Positions 35,938-46,928 of a stretch of 64,000 bases of DNA are shown piece by piece. The stretch covers positions 1,882 to 65,881 of the forward strand of contig JBEBBA010000057.1 of NCBI GenBank assembly GCA_041158585.1, in the 5' to 3' direction. The DNA is from Actinomycetota bacterium. Lineage in GTDB: Bacteria > Actinomycetota > Actinomycetes > Actinomycetales > Microbacteriaceae. Positions within the stretch are counted from its first letter, which is position 1. Every line of letters begins with the position of its first letter. The notes under the pieces are model-generated. The model was not told the origin of the DNA. It was given only the letters and a program-made list of their open reading frames with translations, and made no database searches. A program made the translations under genes and the position numbers.

Positions 35938-36884
35938 CCGTCGAGGCTGAGGTCCACTCGGCGCACCGTCGCTAATTCAGAGTCAATGATTAACGCCTGC
36001 AGTTGCTCTTTGCCGTTTTCGATCCGGACGCCTGTTACCAAGGGCGAATCGGTAATTCCAGTCATCACGAAGATTTGACGGCCACCCGACACAAGATCGT
36101 TCAGGCTGAGCTTCTTGCCGAGAGGTAATCCAGCGAGCATTGCCCTCTCGATTTCATCGGGCGTTTGCGGGGCGAGAAGCCCCTGCATGAAGCCTCGAAC
36201 ACCTTTTACAGCACATGCCGTAACAACGCCTTCGGGCGCTCCCCCGACACCCAGCAATAGATCGACAGGAGTGTGTGGCATCGCCGCCGAAACCGCATAG
36301 GCGATGTCACCTTCTTCAAAGCGAACCCAGGTCGCACCCGATGCCTGAACTTCTCGGATTACATCGGCGTTTCGCGGCTTATCAATCACGGCGACCGAAA
36401 GCTCGTGGGGTTCACGACCGGTTGCTCGCGCCAACAGTTGAACGTTTTGGGTTGGGGTGTAATCAATGTCGAGAACCCCGATCGCGTCAGAACCGGAGAC
36501 TAGCTTCTTCATGTAATAAACGTCGTGGCAATCGAGCATCGATCCTCGGGTGGAAGCTGCAATCACAGAAACCGAGCCAGGCACCCCCAGAGCCGCCAAG
36601 CGGGTGCCATCCACCGGGTCAACCGCTATGTCCCACTCAACTTCGCGACCTTTGGCAAAGACCTCCCCGTTGAAAAGCATCGGGGCGTCATCCTTTTCGC
36701 CCTCGCCGATGACTACCACCGCACCGAAGTTTGAAAGCTTGAGCGAGTAGCGCATAGCGTCAACGGCGGCTTGGTCGAGCCGATTCTTGTCATTCTCGCC
36801 AACCAGAGGCCAGCAGGCACTCACCGCAGCTAGGGTTGCGGCGAGTAAATCTAGGGTCGGTTGACCAGCGTCATCAAGGCTCAT
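35934..36884 (-). CDS. glpX: Class II fructose-1,6-bisphosphatase (divergent)
   Basis: AVDAMR, VVIGEGEKDDAPMLFNGE, DIAVDPVDGT, GGAPEGV, TGITD. Confidence 0.88.
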   Translation of the reverse strand: MSLDDAGQPTLDLLAATLAAVSACWPLVGENDKNRLDQAAVDAMRYSLKLSNFGAVVVIGEGEKDDAPMLFNGEVFAKGREVEWDIAVDPVDGTRLAALGVPGSVSVIAASTRGSMLDCHDVYYMKKLVSGSDAIGVLDIDYTPTQNVQLLARATGREPHELSVAVIDKPRNADVIREVQASGATWVRFEEGDIAYAVSAAMPHTPVDLLLGVGGAPEGVVTACAVKGVRGFMQGLLAPQTPDEIERAMLAGLPLGKKLSLNDLVSGGRQIFVMTGITDSPLVTGVRIENGKEQLQALIIDSELATVRRVDLSLDG

Positions 36885-36935
36885 GTTGGTAACATTCTAG
36901 GTATCCCCCAATGAAGAGTCCCTAGGAGTAGTGGC

Positions 36936-37961
36936 ATGCCAGTAGCAACACCCGATCAGTATCTCGAAATGCTTGACCGAGCAAAGCAGGGTGGCTTCGC
37001 TTACCCAGCCATCAACGTGTCCTCTTCGCAGACTCTAAACGCAGCCCTCGCCGGCTTGCAGGCAGCCGGTTCAGACGGCATTATTCAGGTGACCACCGGT
37101 GGTGGCGACTACTGGTCGGGCCCAACCGTGAAGAACATGGCCTCAGGTGCAGCAGCGATGGCAGCTTTCGCGCGTGAGGTAGCCAAGAACTACGGCATCA
37201 CAATCGCACTGCACACCGACCACTGCGCTAAGGACCAGCTGGACAAGTTTGTTCGCCCGCTAATCGAGATTTCTAAGGAGCGCGTACGCAACGGCGAGCA
37301 CGCCCTCTTCAACTCTCACATGTGGGACGGCTCGGCTGTTCCGATGGCAGAGAACCTAGAGATTGCCCAGGAGATGCTAAAGCTCACCAACTCGATTGGT
37401 GCTGTTCTCGAGGTTGAGATCGGTGTTGTCGGCGGCGAGGAAGATGGCGTCGAAGGCGGCATGGGCGAGCACCTCTACACCACCCCTGAAGACGGTCTGC
37501 TGACGGTTGAGGCTCTGGGTCTAGGCGAGAACGGCCGCTACATGGCAGCACTCACCTTTGGCAACGTCCACGGAGTTTACAAGCCTGGCAACGTGAAGCT
37601 ACGCCCAGAGCTCCTCGGTGAGATTCAGAAGGTTGTTGGCGCTAAGTACGGCGTTGACAAGCCATTCGACCTCGTCTTCCACGGTGGTTCGGGTTCTACC
37701 GACGAAGAGATTGCTGAGGCAGTTAGCCACGGTGTCATCAAGATGAACATCGACACCGACCTGCAGTACGCATTCACCCGCCCAATCGCCGCGCACATGT
37801 TCCAGAACTACGACGGTGTTCTAAAGGTCGATGGCGAAGTCGGAAACAAGAAGGCTTACGACCCTCGCGCCTGGGGCAAGATCGGAGAAGCCGGCATGTC
37901 TGAGCGTGTCGTCGAGGCAGCCCGCCAGCTCGGCTCGGCAGGCAAGTCAAAGACTGCCTAA
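36936..37961 (+). CDS. fbaA: Class II fructose-bisphosphate aldolase
   Basis: FAYPAIN, LHTDHC, SHMWDGS, GGEEDG, FGNVHGVY, FHGGSG, KMNIDT. Confidence 0.96.
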   Translation: MPVATPDQYLEMLDRAKQGGFAYPAINVSSSQTLNAALAGLQAAGSDGIIQVTTGGGDYWSGPTVKNMASGAAAMAAFAREVAKNYGITIALHTDHCAKDQLDKFVRPLIEISKERVRNGEHALFNSHMWDGSAVPMAENLEIAQEMLKLTNSIGAVLEVEIGVVGGEEDGVEGGMGEHLYTTPEDGLLTVEALGLGENGRYMAALTFGNVHGVYKPGNVKLRPELLGEIQKVVGAKYGVDKPFDLVFHGGSGSTDEEIAEAVSHGVIKMNIDTDLQYAFTRPIAAHMFQNYDGVLKVDGEVGNKKAYDPRAWGKIGEAGMSERVVEAARQLGSAGKSKTA

Positions 37962-37964
37962 CCA

Positions 37965-38192
37965 ATGTCTAACGATAGAAGCCCGTTGTACCCCAACGGG
38001 CTTCCACGTTTTAAGGGCGAATACCTCGACGGACTAATGCACGGCTACTGGGAGTTCTACCGGGCCGATGGCTCGCTAATGCGTACGGGGAGCTTCGACC
38101 GTGAAAAGCAGGTGGGAGTCTGGAAGACCTTCGCTCGAGACGGTTCTCTGGTGAAAGAAACTAACTTTGGCGGCGAAGTCGAAGGGCGTTAA
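37965..38192 (+). CDS. Small MORN-like (YwqK-type) repeat protein
   Basis: YPNG...GEYLDGLMHGYWEFYRADG...GSFDREKQVGVWKTFARDG repeats. Confidence 0.7.
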   Translation: MSNDRSPLYPNGLPRFKGEYLDGLMHGYWEFYRADGSLMRTGSFDREKQVGVWKTFARDGSLVKETNFGGEVEGR

Positions 38193-40242
38193 GTACAACC
38201 GAGACGCTCGAAAACGCCATCGCACTGCCCGCCAACATCGGGTTCAGCAGCCCTAGTGCAGCAACTGGGATCAAAACAACGTTGTAACCGAAGGCCCAAA
38301 CCAAGTTTTGCTTGATGTTTGACCAGGTTCGCCTGGACAGTTTGAGGGCGTAAGAGATTGCGAGCGGGCTGTCATCCAACACGGTGATTGCGGCGGCCGA
38401 TTGTGCCGCGTGTGTTCCAGTACCCATAGCGATACCGACCGCAGAGCCCGCGAGGGCAGCGACGTCATTTAGGCCGTCGCCAACCATAGCCGCGGTCTTA
38501 CCTTGGCTCTTGAGGTCATTCAGGTAGCCGAGCTTCTGTTCTGGAGTCACTCTTGACATGGCGTTCTTGATTTCGAGTTCGCGGGCGACAGCTGCAACCC
38601 GAGACTCAACATCACCCGAGAGCACCGTGACGTCAACGCCCATCGAATCGAGTTCGGCTACCATTTCGGCCGACTCCTTTCGAATGTCGTCCGCGAGTCC
38701 GATCACTAGAAGCGCAGTTGTTTCGTGACTGAGTATTGCAACGCTCATTCCCTCAACTTCGGTCAGCGCCTTCGAAACCTCTGCCGAATTCTTGTAGTTC
38801 TCTGGCCTATCAAATCCAAGCCTGAACTCTTTACCCTCCACTTGGCCGGTCACCCCGACTCCGGGGTTGTCTGTCACGTCAGTCGCCTTCATGCTCGAAT
38901 CCATTTGGGCAATGGCTCGGGCTATCGGGTGGCTGGAGCCACGTTCAAGTGCACTGGCAACGGCAATTGACTTTTGCACATTCACGCCGGCGAGCGCGGT
39001 CGTGACTAGAACTCGCAAGTTACCTGTGGTCAGAGTTCCTGTTTTATCGAGGACAACGGTGTCGACCTTGTTCAGTATCGAGAGTGCATCTGGGTTTCGA
39101 ATCACAATTCCACGTCGAGCCCCGTTTGCGGTTGCCACAGCCAAACTCATCGGCACGGCGATCCCCAAGGCGCAGGGGCAGGCAATCACCAGAACGGCAA
39201 TAGCCGCCGAAACCGCGTCTTCTAAGCTCGCGCCGACTGCAAACCAAATTGCGAACGTGAGCAGGGCAATGACGATTACCGCTGGCACGAAGACAGAAGA
39301 AACCCTGTCGGTGAGCGATGTGAGCTTGGTTTTAGTCGCTGTTGCTTCGCGAACCAAATCGGCGATTCGAGCAATTCTGCTGGTTGAGCTAACCGCGTAG
39401 GTTTCGATCAGCAACATACTGCTCAGGTTTAGGGCTCCGGCGGCAATGGAGCTACCTTCGCGGACAACCTCGGGCACCGATTCACCCGTAAGTAGGGAGT
39501 TGTCGATTGCTCCCGCACCTTCGACAACTACGCCGTCAACTGGGACTCGCTCCCCCATTGCTACCACGACGAAATCGCCCTTGGCGACGGACGAGGTTGG
39601 CACCGACTCCTGGCTACCGTTGCGTCGAACATTCGCAAGTTCAGGTATCGCACTCAGGAGCGCTCTCACCGAGTCGGTTGCCGAGCGCCGAGTCTTTACC
39701 TCAAGCCAGCGACCGATCAAAACAACGGTTGGCACAACCGCGGCTACCTCGAAATAGGCTTCGTGACCGCCGGCAATGAGTTCGTAGAGGCTAAACCCGT
39801 AGGCGACTAGAACACCGAGTGACACCAGAGTGTCCATCGTCGTGGCCCTCGCCTTCAGATTCTTGAAAGCCGTTTGGTGAAAAGGCAGGGCAACCCAGAG
39901 CGCTACGGGCGCTACCAACAGGGCATAAACCCACATCGGCCACATCCACTCGTGAACCATTGAAGTCACGGCAACTGGAATTGAAATCGCAGAACCGACA
40001 ACGACCCGAAGTTTCAGAGTTTGTAGTTCTGGACGGTTGGATCCGACCGAGTAGCCGGTGTCCTCAATCACCTTGGTGATGTCCGATTCGGATGTGGAGC
40101 CTGAAATTGTCAGATGAGCTGTTTCGGAGGTGAAGTCAACGTAAGCCGAAACACCTTCAACTTTGTTGAGGTTTTTCTCGATTCGGCGAGCGCATGCCGT
40201 GCAGGTCATGCCCTCGATGTCGAGTTCGAGCTGTTTAGGCAT
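38161..40242 (-). CDS. copA: P1B-1 type Cu(I)-translocating P-type ATPase
   Basis: HMA GMTCTAC, TGES, CPCALG, DKTGTLT, HP, GDGLND, YN and MAFSS TM ligands. Confidence 0.9.
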   Translation of the reverse strand: MPKQLELDIEGMTCTACARRIEKNLNKVEGVSAYVDFTSETAHLTISGSTSESDITKVIEDTGYSVGSNRPELQTLKLRVVVGSAISIPVAVTSMVHEWMWPMWVYALLVAPVALWVALPFHQTAFKNLKARATTMDTLVSLGVLVAYGFSLYELIAGGHEAYFEVAAVVPTVVLIGRWLEVKTRRSATDSVRALLSAIPELANVRRNGSQESVPTSSVAKGDFVVVAMGERVPVDGVVVEGAGAIDNSLLTGESVPEVVREGSSIAAGALNLSSMLLIETYAVSSTSRIARIADLVREATATKTKLTSLTDRVSSVFVPAVIVIALLTFAIWFAVGASLEDAVSAAIAVLVIACPCALGIAVPMSLAVATANGARRGIVIRNPDALSILNKVDTVVLDKTGTLTTGNLRVLVTTALAGVNVQKSIAVASALERGSSHPIARAIAQMDSSMKATDVTDNPGVGVTGQVEGKEFRLGFDRPENYKNSAEVSKALTEVEGMSVAILSHETTALLVIGLADDIRKESAEMVAELDSMGVDVTVLSGDVESRVAAVARELEIKNAMSRVTPEQKLGYLNDLKSQGKTAAMVGDGLNDVAALAGSAVGIAMGTGTHAAQSAAAITVLDDSPLAISYALKLSRRTWSNIKQNLVWAFGYNVVLIPVAALGLLNPMLAGSAMAFSSVSVVLNALRLRRQS

Positions 40243-40453
40243 TTGAAGAAACTAGCTCGTAGCCAGCCTCTTCGACCGCTGCTGCAACAGCAGCCTGGTC
40301 AACCGACTCGGCAACCTCTAGCGAAGCGGTGCCAGCTTGAGGGTTTACGTTCACGTTTGCAGCGCCGTCTAGCTTGCTGAGCTCTTTGGTGACCGACATT
40401 GCGCAGTGGCCACAAGTCATTCCCGAAATGTTTAGTTCAAGTTGCTTAGTCAT
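40235..40453 (-). CDS. copZ: Copper chaperone (HMA domain)
   Basis: GMTCGHC, VEEAGY; RBS GAGGAG. Confidence 0.88.
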   Translation of the reverse strand: MTKQLELNISGMTCGHCAMSVTKELSKLDGAANVNVNPQAGTASLEVAESVDQAAVAAAVEEAGYELVSSNA

Positions 40454-40461
40454 TTGTCTCC

Positions 40462-41019
40462 TCAGTAATTCTTCAACAGGTCCTGCATGGTCTTTATTTC
40501 GGCGCTTTGGCCAACTCGTACGGCATTTGCGAATGCGATAACGGCCGGGTTGGTTGAGCCGGCAACCATGCTCAGCATTTCGATGGCACCCTGGTGGTGC
40601 TTGATCATTCCCTCGAGGAACAGTTTCTCAAACTCCGCCCCCGTGGCTGCGTTGAGTTCCACCAGTTCGGCGTCAGTGAGCATGCCACCCATGTGCATTG
40701 AGTGGTCGCCGTTACCCAGCCCCGCACCACTGGTTTCGAGCCAGTTGATTAGTTCGTTAATTTCTGGTTCCTGCGCAACCTTGATTTGGCTGGCAAGGTC
40801 CAAAATGTCTTGGTTGGTGGTTTTACCAACCACAAAGCTAGCCATGGTCACTGCTTGTTGGTGGTGCGGGATCATCATCTGCGCAAACATGAGCTCGCTG
40901 TCAGTGAATAGCGAAGACGAACTAAGCGATTGGTCGTGGTTGTGTTCGGGAGCAGGGCTAGTGCAGCCAGACAGGGTGAGTGAAGCGAAAAGTGCTAGCG
41001 CTAGGGCTAACTTCTTCAA
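40462..41019 (-). CDS. DUF305 His/Met-rich lipoprotein (CopM-like)
   Basis: Lipobox LSGC; duplicated MIPHHQQAV / MIKHHQGAI; TTG start overlaps the ispH stop. Confidence 0.85.
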   Translation of the reverse strand: MKKLALALALFASLTLSGCTSPAPEHNHDQSLSSSSLFTDSELMFAQMMIPHHQQAVTMASFVVGKTTNQDILDLASQIKVAQEPEINELINWLETSGAGLGNGDHSMHMGGMLTDAELVELNAATGAEFEKLFLEGMIKHHQGAIEMLSMVAGSTNPAVIAFANAVRVGQSAEIKTMQDLLKNY

Positions 41020-42017
41020 CGCTTCTCCTTGTTCTCGGTGTTCTCGCCCGCCGCCTTTAGGTCCTTACGGAGCTCTTTTGGCAGTGAGAACTGGATGTCT
41101 TCTTCGGCGGTCTGAACGGTTTCGACATCGCCGAAGCCTCGCTTAGCAAGGTAGTCGAGGACTTCGTCAACGAGCTCCTCGGGAACCGATGCGCCCGAAC
41201 TCACTCCAACGGTCTCGACACCTTCGAACCAGGATTCTTGGATTTCACTAGCAAAGTCAACGCGATAAGCAGCCTTTGCGCCGGCGTCCTTGGCAACTTC
41301 AACCAAGCGAACTGTGTTCGAAGAGTTTGCCGAACCAACCACGATTACGAGGTCACTGGCAGCGCCAACCTTCTTAATTGCAACCTGACGGTTCTGAGTT
41401 GCGTAGCAAATGTCGTCACTTGGTGGGGCCTGAAGAGTAGGGAACTTGGCGCGCAGTCGGTTCACCGTCTCCATGGTTTCGTCAACCGAAAGCGTGGTCT
41501 GCGACAGCCAAACTAACTTCTCGGGATTGCGAACCACGACCTGGTCGATGTCTTTGTCCACAATCTGAACCACGTCTGGCGCTTCGCCGGCGGTTCCTTC
41601 AACCTCTTCGTGGCCTTCGTGACCGATTAGAAGGATGTCGTAGTCCTCTTTGGCAAAGCGCTGAACTTCACGGTGAACCTTGGTGACGAGCGGGCAGGTT
41701 GCGTCGATGGTGTTGAGGCCGCGAGCCTCTGCTGCAGCAACAACCATCGGAGACACTCCGTGGGCGCTGAACACGAGAATCGAACCCTCGGGGACTTCGT
41801 CAACTTCATCAACAAAAACGGCGCCGCGTGCTTCTAGAGACGAAACGACGTGCTTGTTGTGAACAATCTGCTTGCGAACGTAGATTGGTGCTCCGTAGTG
41901 GTCCAGAGCCTTCTCTACTGCAATAACCGCGCGGTCAACACCTGCGCAGTAGCCTCGAGGGGACGCTAGAAGGACCCGACCTTGTCGGTCGCTCGGGATA
42001 CCATTGTTTTCAGCCAC
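41016..42017 (-). CDS. ispH: 4-hydroxy-3-methylbut-2-enyl diphosphate reductase
   Basis: [49 protein letters not shown]. Confidence 0.96.
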   Translation of the reverse strand: MAENNGIPSDRQGRVLLASPRGYCAGVDRAVIAVEKALDHYGAPIYVRKQIVHNKHVVSSLEARGAVFVDEVDEVPEGSILVFSAHGVSPMVVAAAEARGLNTIDATCPLVTKVHREVQRFAKEDYDILLIGHEGHEEVEGTAGEAPDVVQIVDKDIDQVVVRNPEKLVWLSQTTLSVDETMETVNRLRAKFPTLQAPPSDDICYATQNRQVAIKKVGAASDLVIVVGSANSSNTVRLVEVAKDAGAKAAYRVDFASEIQESWFEGVETVGVSSGASVPEELVDEVLDYLAKRGFGDVETVQTAEEDIQFSLPKELRKDLKAAGENTENKEKR

Positions 42018-42043
42018 AAGGCAATTCTAAGCGGAGCGAAACA

Positions 42044-43255
42044 ATGACAGAACAGGCGCTATCGGGCGAAGACCGACCCTATTCCGTTCGCGAGTTTTCC
42101 GAGCGCGTTGCCCTAGCCATCAAGAAGTGGCCTACCGCCTATGTCGAGGGCGAGCTAGTCCGTTTCAAGCTCAACTTTTCGGGCCACGCCTACCCGGCAC
42201 TCAAGGATCTCGACGGTGCATCGAGCATCGAACTGGTCATTTTCGCCAATGTTCTAAACGCCAGCCCGGACTCGTTCAAAGACGGCGACCGCGTAGTCGT
42301 TTCCGGTGTTATGGACTACTACGTGCCAAACGGCAAACTTTCGCTCAAGGTTTCGAGCATTCGCAAGGTTGGCCTCGGCGATCTGCTAGTGAAAATCGAA
42401 GAACTGCGCCAGAAGCTAACTCTCGAGGGCGTCATTGACCCTTCAAAGCGCAAGGCGTTGCCAGTGCTCCCTCGCAAGGTTGGACTAATCACAGGCAAGG
42501 ACTCAGACGCAGAGAAGGACGTCCTAGAGAACGCTCGCCTTCGCTGGCCAGCAGTTCAGTTTGAGATCGTCAACACACCGGTTCAGGGCGAGGCGGCTCC
42601 CCCCGCAGTGATCAGTGCTATCAAAAAGCTCGACGCCGACCCAGAGGTCGATGTAATCATCATCGCTCGCGGTGGTGGAGCCTTCCTAGACCTCCACGTT
42701 TTCAGCGATGAAGCCCTCGTGCGAGCAGCCGCAGCCGCCGACACACCAATTGTTTCGGCCATTGGCCACGAGAACGACCGGCCGTTACTGGACGACGTAG
42801 CCGACCTGCGTGCCTCTACCCCGACGGACGCAGCTAAACGAACTGTGCCAGATGCCGCCCAAGAGAGCGCGAACATCGAGGACTACCTGGCCCGCATGGT
42901 GAACCGCATCGCAAACTTCATTCACAACCAAAGCAACTTGATTGAGCAAATTCGGACTCGTCCGATTCTGGCTAACCCGTTTGGATTCATCGACGAAAAG
43001 ACGGGCGAACTTGACCGAGCTTTAGACGAGCTTCGCGGTGAGATTGTTTTGCGCCTAGACCGGTCGGACGCCAAATTGGCAGCCGATCAGGGGGTCCTGC
43101 GATCACTTTCACCACAGGGCGTTCTCGATCGCGGATACTCGGTGGTTCGCGATGAGTCTGGCCACGTGATCAATGACGCAAGCAAGGTCAAACCCAAGCA
43201 ATCCCTCAAGATCCGCCTCGCCAAGGGCGAACTTGAGGCAACCGCAAACGATTAA
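42044..43255 (+). CDS. xseA: Exodeoxyribonuclease VII large subunit
   Basis: OB fold, IIARGGG, SAIGHE.D...D.VAD.RASTPT, LDRGYS. Confidence 0.94.
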   Translation: MTEQALSGEDRPYSVREFSERVALAIKKWPTAYVEGELVRFKLNFSGHAYPALKDLDGASSIELVIFANVLNASPDSFKDGDRVVVSGVMDYYVPNGKLSLKVSSIRKVGLGDLLVKIEELRQKLTLEGVIDPSKRKALPVLPRKVGLITGKDSDAEKDVLENARLRWPAVQFEIVNTPVQGEAAPPAVISAIKKLDADPEVDVIIIARGGGAFLDLHVFSDEALVRAAAAADTPIVSAIGHENDRPLLDDVADLRASTPTDAAKRTVPDAAQESANIEDYLARMVNRIANFIHNQSNLIEQIRTRPILANPFGFIDEKTGELDRALDELRGEIVLRLDRSDAKLAADQGVLRSLSPQGVLDRGYSVVRDESGHVINDASKVKPKQSLKIRLAKGELEATAND

Positions 43256-43267
43256 ACTGGAGGACTA

Positions 43268-43483
43268 ATGGCCGAGAAGAAAAACGACATCACCGACCTG
43301 ACTTACGAGCAGGCACGAGATGAGCTAACGCGCGTGCTCGGTGAACTCGAAGCCGGCAGCGTGACTCTGGAAGACAGCATGAAGCTCTGGGAGCGCGGCG
43401 AGGCTTTGGCCAAGCACTGCGAATCTCTTCTGGCCGGAGCCCGCAAAAAAATCGAAAGCACCTTGAAGGAAAGCTCAGAGTGA
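43268..43483 (+). CDS. xseB: Exodeoxyribonuclease VII small subunit
   Basis: LTYEQARDEL...LE.G...LEDSMKLWERG..L...C. Confidence 0.93.
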   Translation: MAEKKNDITDLTYEQARDELTRVLGELEAGSVTLEDSMKLWERGEALAKHCESLLAGARKKIESTLKESSE

Positions 43484-44040
43484 GTGACGCAGCAGCGAAA
43501 CGCAGGGCAAGACAAACCGTAATCAACCTTGCGCTATCGCTGCTGGCTACCCTGGGCGTGGTTCTCGCCCTCGTTCTCATGGTTCCCCGCGACGACAGCA
43601 GCCGCATTCCCCGAATCGACTACAAGGCCGTTGCCCAAGAGGCTCAAACCTCCTCGGGGGTAACCATCAACCTGCCGACGCTGCTTCAGGATTGGTGGTC
43701 GAACAAAGCCACCTGGCGCCCAGAAGCCAAAGACGCCGTGCCGAATTTTGAAGCCGGTTTTGTCGGCCCCAAGAACCAATACATCGGTTTCATCCAAGGT
43801 TTCGGAGCTAACCCAACCTGGCTGGCCCTCAAGCTTCAGGATGTTCAGTTGACCGGGTCAATCCCGGGCGTTAACGGCCCCTGGGACATCTACACCGCCA
43901 AGGTGAAAAACGACCCAGCCGAGAGCTGGGACTACGTCATGGTGAACACCTCTGACCAGGTTGACTACATCATTCTTTACGGCACCGCTACACCGGAAGA
44001 GTTCGCTGACTTTGCCGCCTCGATCGACGAGAGCAAATAG
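43480..44040 (+). CDS. DUF4245 membrane-anchored protein
   Basis: N-terminal TM (NLALSLLATLGVV), WWSNKATW, YGTA; usual position after xseB in Actinobacteria. Confidence 0.75.
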   Translation: MSDAAAKRRARQTVINLALSLLATLGVVLALVLMVPRDDSSRIPRIDYKAVAQEAQTSSGVTINLPTLLQDWWSNKATWRPEAKDAVPNFEAGFVGPKNQYIGFIQGFGANPTWLALKLQDVQLTGSIPGVNGPWDIYTAKVKNDPAESWDYVMVNTSDQVDYIILYGTATPEEFADFAASIDESK

Positions 44041-44044
44041 AACG

Positions 44045-44671
44045 ATGAGCGACAAGAGACCAAGCACGCCGCGCGAAGCATGGCAGGCGCTCCTAGGCGG
44101 AAACGGACGATTTGTCTCAGGCTCTCCTGCGCACCCGCGTCAAGACATCGATCGGCGCGAAGCACTAGCCGAAAAGCAGAAGCCATTTGCCGCACTATTT
44201 GGTTGCGCAGACAGCCGACTTAGCGCTGAAATCATTTTTGACGTCGGGCTCGGTGATCTTTTTGTAGTTCGCAACGCCGGTCAGGTGCTCGCCGAAACAA
44301 TCATTGGCTCGCTCGAGTACAGCGTCGAAGTCTTGCAAGCCCCACTGATCCTGGTTCTCGGACACGATGAATGCGGAGCTATTAGAGCGACCATCGATTC
44401 AACCGAAGGAACCTTGGTTTCCGAAGGCGAATTCATTCACAATTTGGTGAACCGAATTCAACCGACAGTTGAGCGCGCCCACAAGGAAGGCAAGTTCGAG
44501 ATCGACGCGATCACCGAACTTCACGTGCAAGACACCATCAACGAACTTCTAACCCGTTCGAGCCTCATCGCCAACGCCGTAAAGGCGGGTAAATTGGGTG
44601 TCGTCGGGGCGAACTACCGGCTCGCGCTGGGAGAGATTCACCCAATCGTCACCATCGGTGACATCAACTAA
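44045..44671 (+). CDS. Beta-class carbonic anhydrase
   Basis: [34 protein letters not shown]. Confidence 0.93.
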   Translation: MSDKRPSTPREAWQALLGGNGRFVSGSPAHPRQDIDRREALAEKQKPFAALFGCADSRLSAEIIFDVGLGDLFVVRNAGQVLAETIIGSLEYSVEVLQAPLILVLGHDECGAIRATIDSTEGTLVSEGEFIHNLVNRIQPTVERAHKEGKFEIDAITELHVQDTINELLTRSSLIANAVKAGKLGVVGANYRLALGEIHPIVTIGDIN

Positions 44672-44688
44672 CTCCGAAAGGTTTCAAC

Positions 44689-46077
44689 GTGGAATACCGC
44701 ATCGAACACGACACCATGGGCGAGGTAAAAGTCCCCGTAAACGCTCTCTACCGCGCCCAGACGCAGCGTGCCGTCGAGAACTTCCCAATCAGCGGAACCA
44801 CGCTTGAGCGAGCTCACATCGCCGCCCTGGCGCGCATCAAGAAGGCCGCCGCTCTTGCCAACGCATCGCTGGGTGTTCTCGACGGCAAGATCGCAGACGC
44901 AATCGCTCAGGCCGCCGATGCTGTGGCTGCCGGCAACCACGATGGCGAGTTCCCAGTGGACATCTTCCAGACCGGTTCTGGCACCTCTTCGAACATGAAC
45001 ATGAACGAAGTGCTCGCAACTCTGGCCACACGCCTACTTGGCTCCGATGTCCACCCCAACGACCACGTGAACGCGAGCCAATCCTCTAACGACGTATTCC
45101 CAACCAGCGTCCACGTTGCCGTGACAGCAGCCCTGATCCACGACCTACTCCCGGCCTTAGACCACTTGGCCAAGGCACTTGAAGAGAAGGCCGAACTCTG
45201 GAAGACAGTAGTCAAGGCTGGCCGCACCCACCTGATGGACGCAACCCCGGTCACCCTCGGTCAGGAATTCGGTGGTTACGCGGCTCAGATTCGCTACGCA
45301 ATCGAGCGCGTTGAGGCAACGATTGCCAGAACCGCTGAGGTTCCACTCGGTGGCACCGCGGTTGGCACCGGCATAAACACCCCAAAGGGATTCCCTCAGG
45401 AGGTAATCCGCCTACTTGCCAAGGAAACCGGGTTGCCGATCACTGAAGCACGCAACCACTTCGAAGCCCAGGGCGCGCGCGACGGCCTAGTCGAGGCCTC
45501 GGGAGCGCTACGAGTGCTTGCCGTTAGCCTCACCAAGATCAACAACGACCTCCGTTGGATGGGTTCTGGGCCAAACGCTGGTCTCGGTGAACTACACATT
45601 CCAGACCTGCAGCCTGGCTCGAGCATCATGCCTGGCAAGGTAAACCCGGTGGTGCCAGAAGCCGTCATGATGGTCTGCGCTCGAGTAATCGGCAATGACT
45701 CGACCGTCGCCTGGGCTGGCGCAACTGGAAACTTTGAGTTGAACGTTGCAATTCCGGTGATGGGTAACGCCTTGCTAGAGAGCATTCGTTTGCTTAGCAA
45801 CTCGCTACGACTACTAGCCGACAAGACTGTCAAGGGCCTTGAGGCAAACGTGGAGCGTTCGCTAGCGCTGGCCGAGTCGAGCCCGAGCATCGTTACTCCG
45901 CTGAACAAGTACATCGGGTATGAAGCTGCGGCAAAGATCGCCAAGCACTCTGTGAAGAAGGGCATCACGGTTCGTGAAGCGACAATCGAACTCGGTTATG
46001 TCGATGGCGAGAAGCTCAGCATGGAACAGCTCGACAAAGCACTCAACGTGCTATCGATGACCAAGCCGGCTGAGTAA
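44689..46077 (+). CDS. fumC: Class II fumarate hydratase
   Basis: [38 protein letters not shown]. Confidence 0.96.
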   Translation: MEYRIEHDTMGEVKVPVNALYRAQTQRAVENFPISGTTLERAHIAALARIKKAAALANASLGVLDGKIADAIAQAADAVAAGNHDGEFPVDIFQTGSGTSSNMNMNEVLATLATRLLGSDVHPNDHVNASQSSNDVFPTSVHVAVTAALIHDLLPALDHLAKALEEKAELWKTVVKAGRTHLMDATPVTLGQEFGGYAAQIRYAIERVEATIARTAEVPLGGTAVGTGINTPKGFPQEVIRLLAKETGLPITEARNHFEAQGARDGLVEASGALRVLAVSLTKINNDLRWMGSGPNAGLGELHIPDLQPGSSIMPGKVNPVVPEAVMMVCARVIGNDSTVAWAGATGNFELNVAIPVMGNALLESIRLLSNSLRLLADKTVKGLEANVERSLALAESSPSIVTPLNKYIGYEAAAKIAKHSVKKGITVREATIELGYVDGEKLSMEQLDKALNVLSMTKPAE

Positions 46078-46501
46078 CACCAACCCAAAAACCAAACAGT
46101 AGATACGGCCCGAGCGCGATAGTGCTCGAGGCCGTTATCTTTTTGAAGGCTAGACGAACTAAGACGTAAAGACCGGCTGCAGAGAATGCCACCGCCAAGC
46201 CGATTGCGAGTTCAGACAAGCCGTACCACCCGAGAGTCAGCGCGATCGGCACGAGCAACTTCACATCACCCATCCCGAGCCAGCCCTTGATGCTGAGGAA
46301 AGTGCCGAAGCCAAACAGGACCCCCGCGTACAGCATTGCCAGCCCGGCCCGGGACCAGTCACCAGCCAAAAACAGTCCCAAGAGAGTTACCGCGATCGCT
46401 GGCAGTGTGATTTTGTTTGGCAAACGCCGTTCTCGGTGATCGATAACCACGAGTGGAATAGTAAATACGGCCAGATAAGCCGCTCCTAGCAGCTGGAACA
46501 T
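46043..46501 (-). CDS. A24-family prepilin peptidase-like protein
   Basis: [25 protein letters not shown]. Confidence 0.8.
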   Translation of the reverse strand: MFQLLGAAYLAVFTIPLVVIDHRERRLPNKITLPAIAVTLLGLFLAGDWSRAGLAMLYAGVLFGFGTFLSIKGWLGMGDVKLLVPIALTLGWYGLSELAIGLAVAFSAAGLYVLVRLAFKKITASSTIALGPYLLFGFWVGVTQPAWSSIAR

Positions 46502-46553
46502 TGAGCCAGACTAGGGCTCCATCCAAGAACTGTTTTGAGTTATCCCCAGCGAT

Positions 46554-46925
46554 TTAAGCGACGTCGCCGACTCGCTCGTACATCTTTGCCATGACGACCC
46601 ACTTGCCGTCCAGGTAAACAATGTTGAGGTAGTCCTGCATCACACCACCGAACATCTCAAGCTGAACCTTGACGAGAGCCAAGTGGTCGGAGATTTGGTC
46701 CACCATCAGCACTTTGTCGTTTCTAGCGTTGCCCAACTCTTTTGGTGACTGCCGGTTGGCAACCTGTTCGCGGTAAAGCGCATACGGGCGAATTACAAGT
46801 TCGCCGCCCTGAGCGCCGTAAAGGCAGCAGCTCGGATGGAAGACTCGGTCGAAGAGTTCCATGTCTTGAGCGTGGATTACCTCAAAGTAGTCGTCGATGA
46901 AGCTCTGGATCTCGGCGTTAATCAT
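46554..46925 (-). CDS. NTF2-like (lumazine-binding-2) protein
   Basis: YF......D...FDRVFHP, ALVKV, DYL......GKWVVMAK. Confidence 0.75.
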   Translation of the reverse strand: MINAEIQSFIDDYFEVIHAQDMELFDRVFHPSCCLYGAQGGELVIRPYALYREQVANRQSPKELGNARNDKVLMVDQISDHLALVKVQLEMFGGVMQDYLNIVYLDGKWVVMAKMYERVGDVA

Positions 46926-46928
46926 GCG

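Noticed and set aside
37965-38192. YwqK-like protein as antitoxin/immunity gene
   Set aside because: No adjacent toxin; MORN-like repeats alone do not imply TA function.
46043-46501. Prepilin peptidase as sign of a pilus locus
   Set aside because: No pilin, Tad or competence genes in the window; stand-alone gene.
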